From positions 1 to 64,000 of the forward strand of contig CAVXEP010000032.1 of assembly GCA_963760795.1 (NCBI GenBank): DNA of 64,000 nt, in the 5' to 3' direction. Position 1 is the stretch's first letter; every line of letters begins with the position of its first letter. The notes beneath the pieces were generated by a model, which saw only the letters and a list, made by a program, of their open reading frames with translations, ran no database searches and was not told where the DNA came from. A program made the translations under genes and the position numbers. This DNA is from an uncultured delta proteobacterium (GTDB taxonomy: Bacteria > Desulfobacterota > Binatia > UBA9968). Below, piece after piece: positions 50,666 through 60,534 of this stretch.

Positions 50666-50856
50666 TTGGCCGCAAAGAACGCAAAGGGCACAAAAAAGAG
50701 ATCGGAGAGGTAGGGGCGGGTCTCAAGACCCGTTTTTCAATTCGAACGCGATGAATCTATCTCATCACGAAGTTCACTGGGAGAGAGGGCGGGTTTAAAA
50801 CCTCGCCTCTACGAATTCCTATTCTGTTTTTGCGAACTCTGCGTTCTTTGCGGCCA
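50666..50856. repeat. GCCGCAAAG-period inverted arms enclosing a GTAG-type REP doublet
   Basis: ggccgcaaagaacgcaaag ... gtaggggcggg ... cgcctctac ... ctgcgttctttgcggcc. Confidence 0.82.
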
Positions 50857-50870
50857 TATTCTCTCTTATC

Positions 50871-51272
50871 TTACGTTTCTTTGGCGAACGATAGTTCCCA
50901 GCGATTACCGTCGGGATCGAAGACATTTATCGAATAGTTGTCGGTGCCGCGGTGGGGGCGGATTTTTTCCACCATGGCGCCGGAGTCTTGGAGCATTTTG
51001 AGCGCCTGGTCTTTTTCCTGCCACGGAATATTCAAAGTATGGTGCGGATCGGCGGCGCGCGGGCCCTTCGACGCGTCGAAGATATGCACTTCGAAGTTGC
51101 CGAGGCGAACGTCGACTTCTTTCACTTGGCCGGCTTTGAGTTGCTCCTCCGTCGGATCGACGGTTTTGACTACTTTGCCGCCGATCGTCTTGGTATAGAA
51201 TTCCACCGCCTTGTCGATATTCTTCGCGCTCATGGCGAACGTGCGGATGCTTTTGATTTCAAACATGGTCAA
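50871..51272 (-). CDS. VOC / glyoxalase family protein
   Basis: AVEFY, DPDGNRWEL. Confidence 0.82.
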   Translation of the reverse strand: MTMFEIKSIRTFAMSAKNIDKAVEFYTKTIGGKVVKTVDPTEEQLKAGQVKEVDVRLGNFEVHIFDASKGPRAADPHHTLNIPWQEKDQALKMLQDSGAMVEKIRPHRGTDNYSINVFDPDGNRWELSFAKET

Positions 51273-51401
51273 CTCCCTAGAAAAGTTTATTATGCTGTGA
51301 AGTTATGGCGCCAAGCTACGGCTTGTCAAGCATCACTCGACGGTTGTATCGCAGTCTAACTGCCTATGTTGGTTTCCGTTCGTGAAGGAGAAGGTGAAGC
51401 T

Positions 51402-52367
51402 ATGTTCATACGATGGGTTTGGGTTGTTGCGCTATGTTTCTCGATAGCATTTCCAACCAAGGGTGAGTGCAAGGACATCAATCTCGGCTGGTCCGGTATC
51501 GGCAGTTGGACGACGTTACCCTATGTGGTGGCGAACGAGCGAGGTTTCTTCGAGCGCGAGGGGTTGAAGGTTCGCCTCATTACCTTTCGCGGCACCAATC
51601 TGATGCTGACCGCACTCTTGGCGAACGAGTTGGACTACGCGACCATCTTGCCGTTTCTCACCGGCGCGGCGGGGCGCGGCCTGCCGGTGAAAATTCTCGC
51701 CGCAGTAACCAAGAGCAGCTCATATTTCATGGTCGCAAGGCCCGAGATCGAGAGCGTCAAAGCAATGCGCGGCAAAAAACTCGGAATCAATTCCTTTGGC
51801 AGCTCGGCGGACTACGCGGCTTACGCCGCGGTGAGCCGAAGCGGTATGGATCCCAACAAAGACCTCACGATACTCGCTATCGGCGGCGGCACTCCTGAGC
51901 GTCTGGCGGCGGTGGTCAGCGGCAGCGTGGATGCCACTGTCATCACCAGTCCGGCTGAATATGCCGCCGAGAAGCAGGGGTTGCGCGTGATCATGTCGGC
52001 GCGCGAATTGGGTGAGTTGGTGCGTATTCCGATCACCGGCATCGGTGCGACGCAGAAAAAAATGGAAAAAGATCCGGATGAAATCGTTCGCATATTGCGT
52101 GCGCTCCGGCTGTCGACGATGTATTTGCAGCAGAATCCCGAATACAGTCTCGGCCTGTTTCAAAGAATTATGCGCGTGGACGCCGTTGCAGCGAACACAT
52201 TGTTTAAGCTCTACCGCGATGAGTACAACCCTGAATTGACGCTCCCCGATGCTGTGGTCGAGGACTTGCTGGCCGTGGGAACTTTCCGGCTCAAGGAAAG
52301 ACCCAAAACGGGGCTGACGGTGCAAGCCGTTCGCGATTGGAGCTTCGCGGAAAAGGCCAGGCGGTAA
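51402..52367 (+). CDS. ABC substrate-binding protein, NMT1/SsuA-like
   Basis: GFFEREGL, MRGKKLGINSFGSS. Confidence 0.85.
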   Translation: MFIRWVWVVALCFSIAFPTKGECKDINLGWSGIGSWTTLPYVVANERGFFEREGLKVRLITFRGTNLMLTALLANELDYATILPFLTGAAGRGLPVKILAAVTKSSSYFMVARPEIESVKAMRGKKLGINSFGSSADYAAYAAVSRSGMDPNKDLTILAIGGGTPERLAAVVSGSVDATVITSPAEYAAEKQGLRVIMSARELGELVRIPITGIGATQKKMEKDPDEIVRILRALRLSTMYLQQNPEYSLGLFQRIMRVDAVAANTLFKLYRDEYNPELTLPDAVVEDLLAVGTFRLKERPKTGLTVQAVRDWSFAEKARR

Positions 52368-52441
52368 TCCCGCGCGACTGAACAACCCGCGGCTCTACTC
52401 TGAGAGGTCCCCAATTTGTCGACTCGAAGTCGATTTCCCTT

Positions 52442-52536
52442 CCGTCATTCCGGTGGAAACCGGAATCCAGGTTTCGTCCGCCGTAGAGAGAATATTAGCA
52501 GTCAAAGGCTGGATGCCGGCCTGCGCCGGCATGACG
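52442..52536. repeat. CGTC-type REP doublet between convergent genes
   Basis: ccgtcattccggtggaaaccggaatccag ... ctggatgccggcctgcgccggcatgacg. Confidence 0.85.
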
Positions 52537-52553
52537 TTCCCTGAGAAATTCGT

Positions 52554-53563
52554 TTATGCCGCCAGCGGCACTCCTAGAATCTTCGCCGGATTGTCGCAGC
52601 AGACGGTTTTCAGTTCCGCCTTATTCAATCCGAACGCTTCCATGTAGGCGCGCATCTGGCGCAGGGCTTCCACCGAGTTGGGGAACAGCGGCTCGCCGCA
52701 GTCGCTTGACAAGGTGACGTGCTCGACGCCGATGCTGCGAATCGCTTTGTACATGTCGAAGGGATCGACGCCGAGCAGCGGTGAAATCTCGTCGTAGGTA
52801 AAGTTGATGTTAACGCCGGCCTGGCCCAACTGGGTCATCTGGGCGATGCTCAGGTTGACGAAGGGGCTAAACGGATGATCGACGACGGCGCGGCTGTGGC
52901 CGATGCGCTGGCATTCCTCGGCGAGGGCGAAAATTTCCGGATGGGTCGCGTGACCGAAGAACAGCGGCACTTCGCGTTCCTTCAACAATCCGATGATGTC
53001 TTTGATTTCTGGCTTGAGCCGGCCCTTATCGTCGAGCGGTAGTGGCCGACTTTAAGCGCTTCATCCCAGCTCATCGCCGGCGTTAGCTCGCCGCGGCCGG
53101 CATTCGGGTCCCACCAGGATTTCCGTCCGCCGATCTTGCTTAGCGTGTTGGCGTGCATCGCCACCGGCATCCACATGGCGTTGATGCCGCCATCGAGCTG
53201 CTCGCGCACTTTTGCCACTGACGGCGGCGCGGAGCGGTTGGCGACGTTGGAGCCGGCCCAGCAGAGGATCGGTTCGACCTTTTCCTCGTCGGCCCAGCGC
53301 TGCAATCCCTCACGGACCTTTTGCACCGATTCGGCGCGGTTCTTGCCGGCGATGGATTTGTAGAGCAGGCCGCGCATGCCGTTCGTCGACGCGAGCTTGG
53401 CCACCGAAAGCGCGTCTTGGTGCGCCGCATCGGCGTGGCAGTGAATATCGATGGCGCCCTTCACGCCACTGATCGCCGGCGGATACTCCACGCCGCCTTG
53501 GTAGGCTCGGCGGATCTCGTAGGACTTGACGAATCGGGCCAGGGTCGTGGCGTTTTCGCTCAT
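52554..53563 (-). CDS. Amidohydrolase-fold protein (DUF6282-like), frameshift near 53035
   Basis: GAIDIHCH, GH, DHP, LSSDCG, NPAKILG across ORFs 52982-53752 and 52554-52988. Confidence 0.7.
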
Positions 53564-53720
53564 GGGAATCTCGCTTTCACGGCTGTTCAAAAATTTCACT
53601 GTCGAGGCGTAACACCGGCGTCGCAGCGTGTCAAATCGACGGGCGGGTTTCAAACCACGCCCCTTGTACGAGGACAGTCGCGCCCCGTCATGCGGATGTA
53701 GTGATATGGATTCGCCGTCA

Positions 53721-54743
53721 CTACTCCATGAGCGTCTTAACGCGCGCCACAACTTCAGGCGTCTGTACCATGACTTTTTTGGCTAACTCTTGGAGTTCTT
53801 CGCCTGGGGTGGGCGTGATGTCGAGGTTTTTTCGTTTCGCCTCGGCCAGCAGTTCGGAATCGGCCAGAGTCTTGAGGAATGCTTCGCGGAGGATTTTGAC
53901 TCTGGCCGGTGGCACGCCTGGGGGAGCGACCATGGGACGGCCGAAGTCGCTGGCGGCGAGGATCAACGGCAGCAAGCGCCGTTCGGACTCGGCGGTCTTA
54001 TGTTCGTTCATCAACTCGTAGATGGTCGGCGTGTCAGCGATGCGCGGGTCCCGGGTCTGGCCGGTCTGCATCAAGATGCGCGCGAAGCCGGTTTTACGCC
54101 AGGTGTGGTAGGGCTCGCGGGTATGGTACGCCTGAATTGTCAGGGCGCGGCACTGGAGCTCGCCCCGTTCCACCGCCAGATCAATTTCGGCGCCGCCCTT
54201 GTACCCGGAAATGATGATAAATTTCGTGCCGAGCAATTCTTCCATTAGTTTGGGCATATAAGTGCCGGAAGTACCGGGGCCGGTGGAGCCACATTTGGGC
54301 GGCTCCTTGGCCTTGCGCACATCCGCCATAGTTTTGTACGGCAAGTCGGCGCGCATATAGAGTAGACTTTCGGATTGGTCCGAGCTGCCGAGCCAGTTGA
54401 ACTTTGCCCAGTCGTACTTGGCCTCGGGCTGCTTGTACAGCTGGTTGAAATACATCGACGGCTGCAAGCCGCCGATCACCGTGCCGTCGCCTTTGGCCAG
54501 GCCGTAAAGATAGTTGGTGCCGATGAGCGATCCCGCGCCGGCCATGTTCTGGACGATAAAGCTGGGGTTGCCGGGAATATGCCTGCCCATGAACTGGGCC
54601 ACGAGCCGGGCGTAGATATCGTAAGCGCTACCAGTGCTCGACGTGCTGATGACGGTAATAGTTTTGCCTTGAAAGAATGGGCTCTGCGCCCAGAGTTCCG
54701 CGCTCCAAAGAATGATCGTCACCAATAGAAGAGTTCTTTTCAT
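53721..54743 (-). CDS. TctC/Bug-family substrate-binding protein
   Basis: YDIYAR, QNMAGAGS, PPKCGST, RGELQCR. Confidence 0.88.
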   Translation of the reverse strand: MKRTLLLVTIILWSAELWAQSPFFQGKTITVISTSSTGSAYDIYARLVAQFMGRHIPGNPSFIVQNMAGAGSLIGTNYLYGLAKGDGTVIGGLQPSMYFNQLYKQPEAKYDWAKFNWLGSSDQSESLLYMRADLPYKTMADVRKAKEPPKCGSTGPGTSGTYMPKLMEELLGTKFIIISGYKGGAEIDLAVERGELQCRALTIQAYHTREPYHTWRKTGFARILMQTGQTRDPRIADTPTIYELMNEHKTAESERRLLPLILAASDFGRPMVAPPGVPPARVKILREAFLKTLADSELLAEAKRKNLDITPTPGEELQELAKKVMVQTPEVVARVKTLME

Positions 54744-54832
54744 AAAGCCTCTCTTTCGATCGAATCAATCCGTAGGTTGGCTTTGCGCCGCGGATCGGCT
54801 CGACGATGACTTACCCATGGTCAAATGTCCCG

Positions 54833-55858
54833 TCATTGCTCCATCAACCGCTTTGCTCGGGCGATGAGTTCCGGTGTCTGGGTCATCACCTGCTTGGCTA
54901 AGGTAGCGAGTTCTTCGCCGCTGCTGGGGGTGATGTCGAAGTTCTTGCGTTTGGCTTCGGCCAGCAGTTCGGGATCTTTCATGGTGTTTAGGAATGCGTC
55001 ACGAAGAACTTTAAGCCGGTCGGGTGCTAGGCCGGGAGGCGCGACGATGGGGCGGCCGAAATCATTGGCAGCCAGGACCATGGGGACCAGGCGGCGATCG
55101 TTTTCGGGAGTTTTATATTCGTCCATGAGCTCGCGCAGCGTCGGTGTATCGGCTATCCGCGGATCTCTTGTCTGTCCGGTCTGCATCAGAATGCGGGCAA
55201 AGCTTTTCTTCCTCCAGGTGTGATACGGCTCCCGCGAATGGTAGGCTTGGATGGTAAAGGAGCGGCAGTGCAGTTCGCCGCGTTCGACGGCGAGGTCGAT
55301 TTCACCGCCGCCCTGGTAGCCGGCGACAATGATGAATTTCGTGCCGAGGACTTCTTCCAACAACTTTGGCATGTAACTACCTGAGGTGCCGGCGCCGGTG
55401 GAGCCGCATTTGGGCGGTTCCTTGGCCTTGCGCACATCGGCGAGCGTCTTATAGGGCAGATCGGCGCGCATGTAGAGCAGATAGTCGGATTTATCGGAGC
55501 TGCCGATCCAAGCGAACTTTGCCCAATCGTACCTCACTTCTTTCTGCTGCATCAGTTGATTGAAATAGATCGACGGCTGTATCGCGCCGATGGTCAAGCC
55601 GTCGGGCTTGGAAACGTTGTAGAGGTAGTTCGCGCCGATGATCGAGCCCGCGCCGGTCATATTCTGCACAATGAAATTAGGATTGCCGGGGATATGCTTG
55701 CCCATGAATTGCGCCATCAAGCGGGCGTAGAGATCGTAGGCGCTGCCGGCGCTGGCGGCGGCGACGACGGTGATGGTTTTGCCTTGATAGAACGGGGTCT
55801 GGGCATGGATCTCCGTGCGCGTGCCGAGAAATAGTACGATGAGTAGTATAATGATCAT
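54833..55858 (-). CDS. TctC/Bug-family substrate-binding protein, close paralog of 53721
   Basis: Same motifs. Confidence 0.88.
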   Translation of the reverse strand: MIIILLIVLFLGTRTEIHAQTPFYQGKTITVVAAASAGSAYDLYARLMAQFMGKHIPGNPNFIVQNMTGAGSIIGANYLYNVSKPDGLTIGAIQPSIYFNQLMQQKEVRYDWAKFAWIGSSDKSDYLLYMRADLPYKTLADVRKAKEPPKCGSTGAGTSGSYMPKLLEEVLGTKFIIVAGYQGGGEIDLAVERGELHCRSFTIQAYHSREPYHTWRKKSFARILMQTGQTRDPRIADTPTLRELMDEYKTPENDRRLVPMVLAANDFGRPIVAPPGLAPDRLKVLRDAFLNTMKDPELLAEAKRKNFDITPSSGEELATLAKQVMTQTPELIARAKRLMEQ

Positions 55859-55904
55859 TATCGTTCCGTGGTTTCTAGCGGTAGGGTGATATCGTTCTCG
55901 GAGT

Positions 55905-55981
55905 CCTTCGACGAGCTCAGGACGAACGGAGCAAGGTTTGCGTGAATAAAAAATCCGTTCATGCTGAGCTGGTCGAGCATG
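55905..55981. repeat. CCTTCGACxAGCTCAGG-type REP pair
   Basis: ccttcgacgagctcaggacgaacgg ... ccgttcatgctgagctggtcga; same family as the insert at 3556. Confidence 0.75.
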
Positions 55982-56001
55982 CTCTAATTTATTCGCTGGC
56001 T

Positions 56002-57117
56002 CTATGTCAATCCATAGAAGCGCCTTGGATTATCCGAGAAAATCTTCTCAACTAAACCTGGTGACAGATCTTCGCGCGATCTCATCGTCTGCACCAATGC
56101 TTTTTCTTCCGCCGGATCGTTGTGGCCGTAGTCGGAGCCGATTAGCAAATGATCTTCGCCGATAAATTCCGCCAGGTAGGGAATATCCTCGTCGGCTTCG
56201 CAGGCGACGTAGATGCGGTAGTCGCGGAAGAGTTCCTTGCATGATGAAAACTTCCAGCGCGCGTTGGGGAAGCTCGGGCGCGGCCGCGCTGAGCGCTTCA
56301 AGTGGTGATAGAGAAACGGCACCCAGCTCGCCGAGACTTCGAGGAAGCCGAACTTCAGCGCGGGAAACTTCTCGGGGATTGCGCTGGCGACCAAGTCGCG
56401 GAAGCCGATGATGGGCGGCACATGGGAAGTGGCGAAGGTGCCGTTCAATTCGAGATCGAAGAAATCGAGCAAGTGGCGGCTGCTCTGACCAGTGTGAACG
56501 CAGATCGGCAGGCCGAGTTTCTCCGCCTCGGCGTAGATCGGCATGAAGTGGGGATTGTTCAATGTCAGCGAACCGACGATGCCGCTGAAGAAGATGCCGA
56601 CGGCGCCGTTTTGCTTAGCCTCGTGCATCTGCTTGATCGATGCGTCAACCGATTTTAACGGCAGAACCGTGACCCAGCACAGCCGGTTGTTGGATTTGGC
56701 GTAAACCTCGCCAAGGAATTTGTTGTAAGCCCCACAGAGGGCGACTTGGAGCTGGGTGTCGTCGGTTACATCGATAAGAAATAGAGTTGGATAGATGACC
56801 TGGGTCTCGACGCCGGCATGGTCCATGTCGGCCAACCGGGCGGCCACGTCGGTGATCTCGCGGCAGCCGAGCGCGATGTCGGTTCGATTGGCTTCGCGTT
56901 TGGACGCGGTGGGGGTGATGATGCGAAAACCGCCTTTGCCCGAGGCTTTAGGAAAGATATTGCCGTCGATCAACCACAGAACGTTGAAGTCGCGATAGAG
57001 GGTGTCGTCCGGCGCCGATACCATGACTGGGCGGCGATGGTACATGCTCGGATCGAAATGCTTCCACATGCTCTCCGATTCGGCGATATGGGTGTCGGCG
57101 TCGATGATTCCTGGCAT
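56002..57117 (-). CDS. Amidohydrolase family protein (Amidohydro_2)
   Basis: IIDADTH, FLEVSASW, IGSDYGH. Confidence 0.88.
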   Translation of the reverse strand: MPGIIDADTHIAESESMWKHFDPSMYHRRPVMVSAPDDTLYRDFNVLWLIDGNIFPKASGKGGFRIITPTASKREANRTDIALGCREITDVAARLADMDHAGVETQVIYPTLFLIDVTDDTQLQVALCGAYNKFLGEVYAKSNNRLCWVTVLPLKSVDASIKQMHEAKQNGAVGIFFSGIVGSLTLNNPHFMPIYAEAEKLGLPICVHTGQSSRHLLDFFDLELNGTFATSHVPPIIGFRDLVASAIPEKFPALKFGFLEVSASWVPFLYHHLKRSARPRPSFPNARWKFSSCKELFRDYRIYVACEADEDIPYLAEFIGEDHLLIGSDYGHNDPAEEKALVQTMRSREDLSPGLVEKIFSDNPRRFYGLT

Positions 57118-57197
57118 GTTCAATTACCTCCGGGAAATTGTTTTTCACCATGAAGTTTCTATTACGGCATAGCTGCAACCAAGTGGGAGAGACTTTT

Positions 57198-57279
57198 TCA
57201 CCACGAAGTGCACGAAGATCACGAAGTTCGGAATATTAATTATCGGCAACCTTCGTGTCCTTCGTGCCTTCGTGGTGAA
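57198..57279. repeat. CACGAAG 9-nt-period hairpin
   Basis: ttcaccacgaagtgcacgaagatcacgaag ... cttcgtgtccttcgtgccttcgtggtgaa. Confidence 0.85.
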
Positions 57280-57293
57280 CGGGTTAGCCCCGG

Positions 57294-58257
57294 TCATTGC
57301 GCTTTCCAGCCGAGTTCGTCGGCGCTAAAACGCGAATATTTTTCGATTTCCTCTTTGACTAGTTTGTTGAGTTCCGCAGTGCCGCTGCGCAGGTCGATGT
57401 TGTAGCCGCGGCTCTTGAGGTTTTCCTGAAGCTTCGGCTCTTGCAGGGTTTTGCGGATGGCATCGGCAAGGGTTTTCACCGTCGCGTCTGGTGTTCCTTG
57501 GGGCGCGAGAAAGGCGAGATGGGCCAGGAGGTTTACCTGCGGATAACCTTGCTTGGCGAAAGTCGCGACCTCGGGCAGCGGCGCCGAGTTGACGTCGACG
57601 GCGACGCCGTGGAGCTTGCCGGATTTGATATGCGGCAGAGCCGCGACATCGGAGGCCATCGCTAAATTGACATGGCCGCCCAAAAGATTGGTGATGATTT
57701 GCGCTGAGCCGGCGAAAGGCAGCGATGTGATATCGATCTTGGCGGCGCGTTTCAAAAGTTCCACTTCCAAGGTGAGGCTGGTGCCGGTGGGACCGACGGC
57801 GACGATGATCTCGCCTGGTTTCTTTCTGTGCCGCGGCGACTACGTCCTTGATGGTTTTCAAATCGGAGTCGGCGCGGCTGAGCATGATGACCGCGGCATA
57901 GCCGTGCAAGATCGCCACCGGTTGGAAATCCCGGACCAGGTGCGCCGCGCCTTTAGCATTCGCCACGCTCATGGTGGCGATTTGGCCGAGCAGAGAGCCC
58001 AGCAGCGTGTAGCCGTCTTTGCTCGACCGGGCGACTTTCTCCGCGGCGATGGCGCCGGCGCCGGCCGGTTGATTGACGACGGTGACTTGCACCTTGGCGG
58101 TCTTGCTCAGTTCTTCGCCGATGAGGCGAAATAACAAATCGACACCGCCGCCGGGGCTCGACGGCACGACGATTTCTATCGGCTTGTTGGGAAAAGGCTG
58201 CGCGCGGGCCGCGGCGATGGGTCCGAGCATCAGTAAGGTGAAGACCAATAACTTCAT
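57294..58257 (-). CDS. tctC: Canonical TctC/Bug protein, frameshift near 57825
   Basis: FPNKPIEIVVP..PGGGVD, NQPAGAG, DGYTLL, PFAGSA..LLGGHV; downstream of tctA. Confidence 0.8.
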
Positions 58258-58349
58258 CTTCGTAATTCCTCCAAATGGCATGGCATCGCCTATCTGTGCC
58301 AGACAATCGCGGCGAATACAAAATGCTCAACAGTGATTCCATGGGGTCG

Positions 58350-58415
58350 AGATCCCTCGCTTCGTTCGGGATGGCAACTCGCGTGGCTGTCATTCCGCGC
58401 TGGGCGAGGAATCTT
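58350..58415. repeat. GTCATT..GCGAGG.ATCT-type REP pair
   Basis: agatccctcgcttcgttcgggatggc; gtcattccgcgctgggcgaggaatct. Confidence 0.65.
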
Positions 58416-58470
58416 TCTTGATTCCACAAATATCCTAAATTTTAAATCGAACCGCAGCCAAACAATCGCC

Positions 58471-59976
58471 TTAGTTCTCTTCGAGTTTCTCGATGATCTC
58501 GTGTCCGACTCGGCGGCGCGCCAGTAGCGGTGTCAGCAGCATGACGAGGGAGAGCGCCATGAAGAGCGCGGCGATGGGGCGATTGAAGAAAATCGCCGCG
58601 CTGCCGCGCGCCATGATCAGCGAGCGGCGGATCGCGGCTTCCAGGAGCGGGCCGATCACCAGGCCCAAGATCAGCGGCGCCGGCTCGTAGGCGAACTTTT
58701 TCATCAGAAATCCAACCAGGCCGAAGAGAATCACGATCACCACATCGCCGATATTTGCCGAAACCGTGTAGGCGCCGATGATGCTGAACAGAATGATCAT
58801 CGGGAACAGATAAAAATAGGGCAGGCGCAGCACTCTGATCCATAGGCCGATCAACGGTAGATTCAAGATCAGCAGCATGGCGTTGCCGATGACCATGCTG
58901 CCGAGGATACCCCAGAAAAGCTGCGGCGAATTCTGAATAAACAGCGGTCCCGGCGCCAGCCCGTGGATCATCAGCGCGCCGAAGATCAGCGAAGTTACCG
59001 AGCCAGTGGGCAGCCCCAAGCTGAGCAGTGGTATCCAGCCGCTGCAGCTCGCCGCGTTATTCGCCGTCTCCGGTCCGGCGACGCCGGCGATGGCGCCATG
59101 GCCGAACTTGTCCGGGTGCTTGGACAGCTTTTTCTCAAGAGCGTAGGAAGCGAAGGTGGCGATGACGACATTCAATCCCGGGATAGCGCCGATGAAAAAG
59201 CCCAAGAGCGAGCCGCGGGCGATGGGCGCAGCCGAGTCACGCCAATCCTGCGCGGTGGGTAGCAGACCGCGCACCTTGTTTTGAAAAATCTCGCCGGCCT
59301 TGGCATCGAGGTTGAGCAACACTTCGGATACTCCGAATAGACCGATCACCACTGGCGTCAGGCCAATACCGTCGCGCAGCACCAAGAAATTGAACGTGAA
59401 TCGCGGTGTGCCGGTAACCGGATCGAGGCCGACGCTGGCGAGCAGGGCGCCGAACAGCGCCATTAGCAAAGCCTTATCCATCGGTCCGTGGGCCAAGTAA
59501 ACCAGCGCGCTCAAGCCGAACAACATGAGCGCTGCGTACTCCGGCGGACCGAAGTGCAAGCCAAACTCCGCCAACAGCGGCGCTAGATAGGCCAGACCCA
59601 CGAGCGCGACAATGCCGCCAATGAACGAACCGAAGGCCGCCATACCGAGCGCTGGCCCTGCGCGGCCCTGGCGCGCCATGGCGTAACCGTCGAGACAGGT
59701 GATCACTGACGACGCTTCACCCGGAATGTTGACTAATATCGACGTCGTCGAGCCGCCATATTGAGCGCCGTAGGTAATGCCGAATAGCATGATCATGTAG
59801 GCGAGCGGCGGAGCGTGCAGCGCTAATGGCAGGAGCAAGGCGATGGCGCCGGCCGGACCGAGACCGGGTAGCACGCCGACCAGCGTGCCCAAGAGCACAC
59901 CGGCAAAGCCGTAGAATAGATTGAGCGGCGACGCGGCGGTGAGAACGCCTTGGATGAGCAGGCTGAGCGTATCCAA
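58471..59976 (-). CDS. tctA: Tripartite tricarboxylate transporter large permease
   Basis: GVLPGLG, YGGSTTSILVNIPGE, GPETANNA, HGLAPGP. Confidence 0.93.
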   Translation of the reverse strand: MDTLSLLIQGVLTAASPLNLFYGFAGVLLGTLVGVLPGLGPAGAIALLLPLALHAPPLAYMIMLFGITYGAQYGGSTTSILVNIPGEASSVITCLDGYAMARQGRAGPALGMAAFGSFIGGIVALVGLAYLAPLLAEFGLHFGPPEYAALMLFGLSALVYLAHGPMDKALLMALFGALLASVGLDPVTGTPRFTFNFLVLRDGIGLTPVVIGLFGVSEVLLNLDAKAGEIFQNKVRGLLPTAQDWRDSAAPIARGSLLGFFIGAIPGLNVVIATFASYALEKKLSKHPDKFGHGAIAGVAGPETANNAASCSGWIPLLSLGLPTGSVTSLIFGALMIHGLAPGPLFIQNSPQLFWGILGSMVIGNAMLLILNLPLIGLWIRVLRLPYFYLFPMIILFSIIGAYTVSANIGDVVIVILFGLVGFLMKKFAYEPAPLILGLVIGPLLEAAIRRSLIMARGSAAIFFNRPIAALFMALSLVMLLTPLLARRRVGHEIIEKLEEN

Positions 59977-59986
59977 ACGATGCCTT

Positions 59987-60439
59987 TCAGATCAGCAGAG
60001 CGAGCAGGCCGCGCGGCAGTTGCGCATGGAGCAAGACGTCGAAGAAAAGATGGGCACCCAGCGCTGCTATGACTGCGAAGCTAACGCTCAAGCGCCAGGC
60101 CTGCGCCGCGACGTATTTCAGGTAGAAAGCGAGCAACAGAAAGGTGCTGATGGCAAAGCCGAGGGAGTCGAGAAGCAAGGCGTAGGCGAGCATGCCGGCG
60201 ACGACATGGATAATTTTGCTCCATTCACTAGTGCTGGTTGTTCGCATGGTTTCTACCGCGTCGCGGTTGACGCCGATCAAACGCAAGAGGGCAATGGCAC
60301 CGATCGCCAGCGCCGCGCCGAAGGGAAAGAAACCCGCGCCCGGTTTGCCGCCACTGCCCAAGCCGAGTTGGTACGACGCATAGGCGACGTAGAAGGAGAG
60401 GAGCAGCCAGAAAAAGGCGATGATGGATTGTCTATTCAT
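59987..60439 (-). CDS. tctB: Tripartite tricarboxylate transporter small subunit
   Basis: PGAGFFP, LGF, LPRG motifs; directly upstream of tctA. Confidence 0.85.
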   Translation of the reverse strand: MNRQSIIAFFWLLLSFYVAYASYQLGLGSGGKPGAGFFPFGAALAIGAIALLRLIGVNRDAVETMRTTSTSEWSKIIHVVAGMLAYALLLDSLGFAISTFLLLAFYLKYVAAQAWRLSVSFAVIAALGAHLFFDVLLHAQLPRGLLALLI

Positions 60440-60492
60440 GCGCCAAGATGAATGTCGACTTTTATTGATATAAGGCCGGGTAGGATATTCCT

Positions 60493-60515
60493 GTAGGGGC
60501 GACCGGCGGTCGCCC
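60493..60515. repeat. GTAG-type REP
   Basis: gtaggggcgaccggcggtcgccc, nearly identical to 26905-26928. Confidence 0.8.
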
Positions 60516-60534
60516 GTTCGAAGCATCATTCACC

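Noticed and set aside
1370-58257. Many frameshifted genes as programmed frameshifts or mass pseudogenisation
   Set aside because: Single-base indels are scattered over unrelated genes without a shared slippery motif or in-frame stops; assembly error is more parsimonious until reads are checked.
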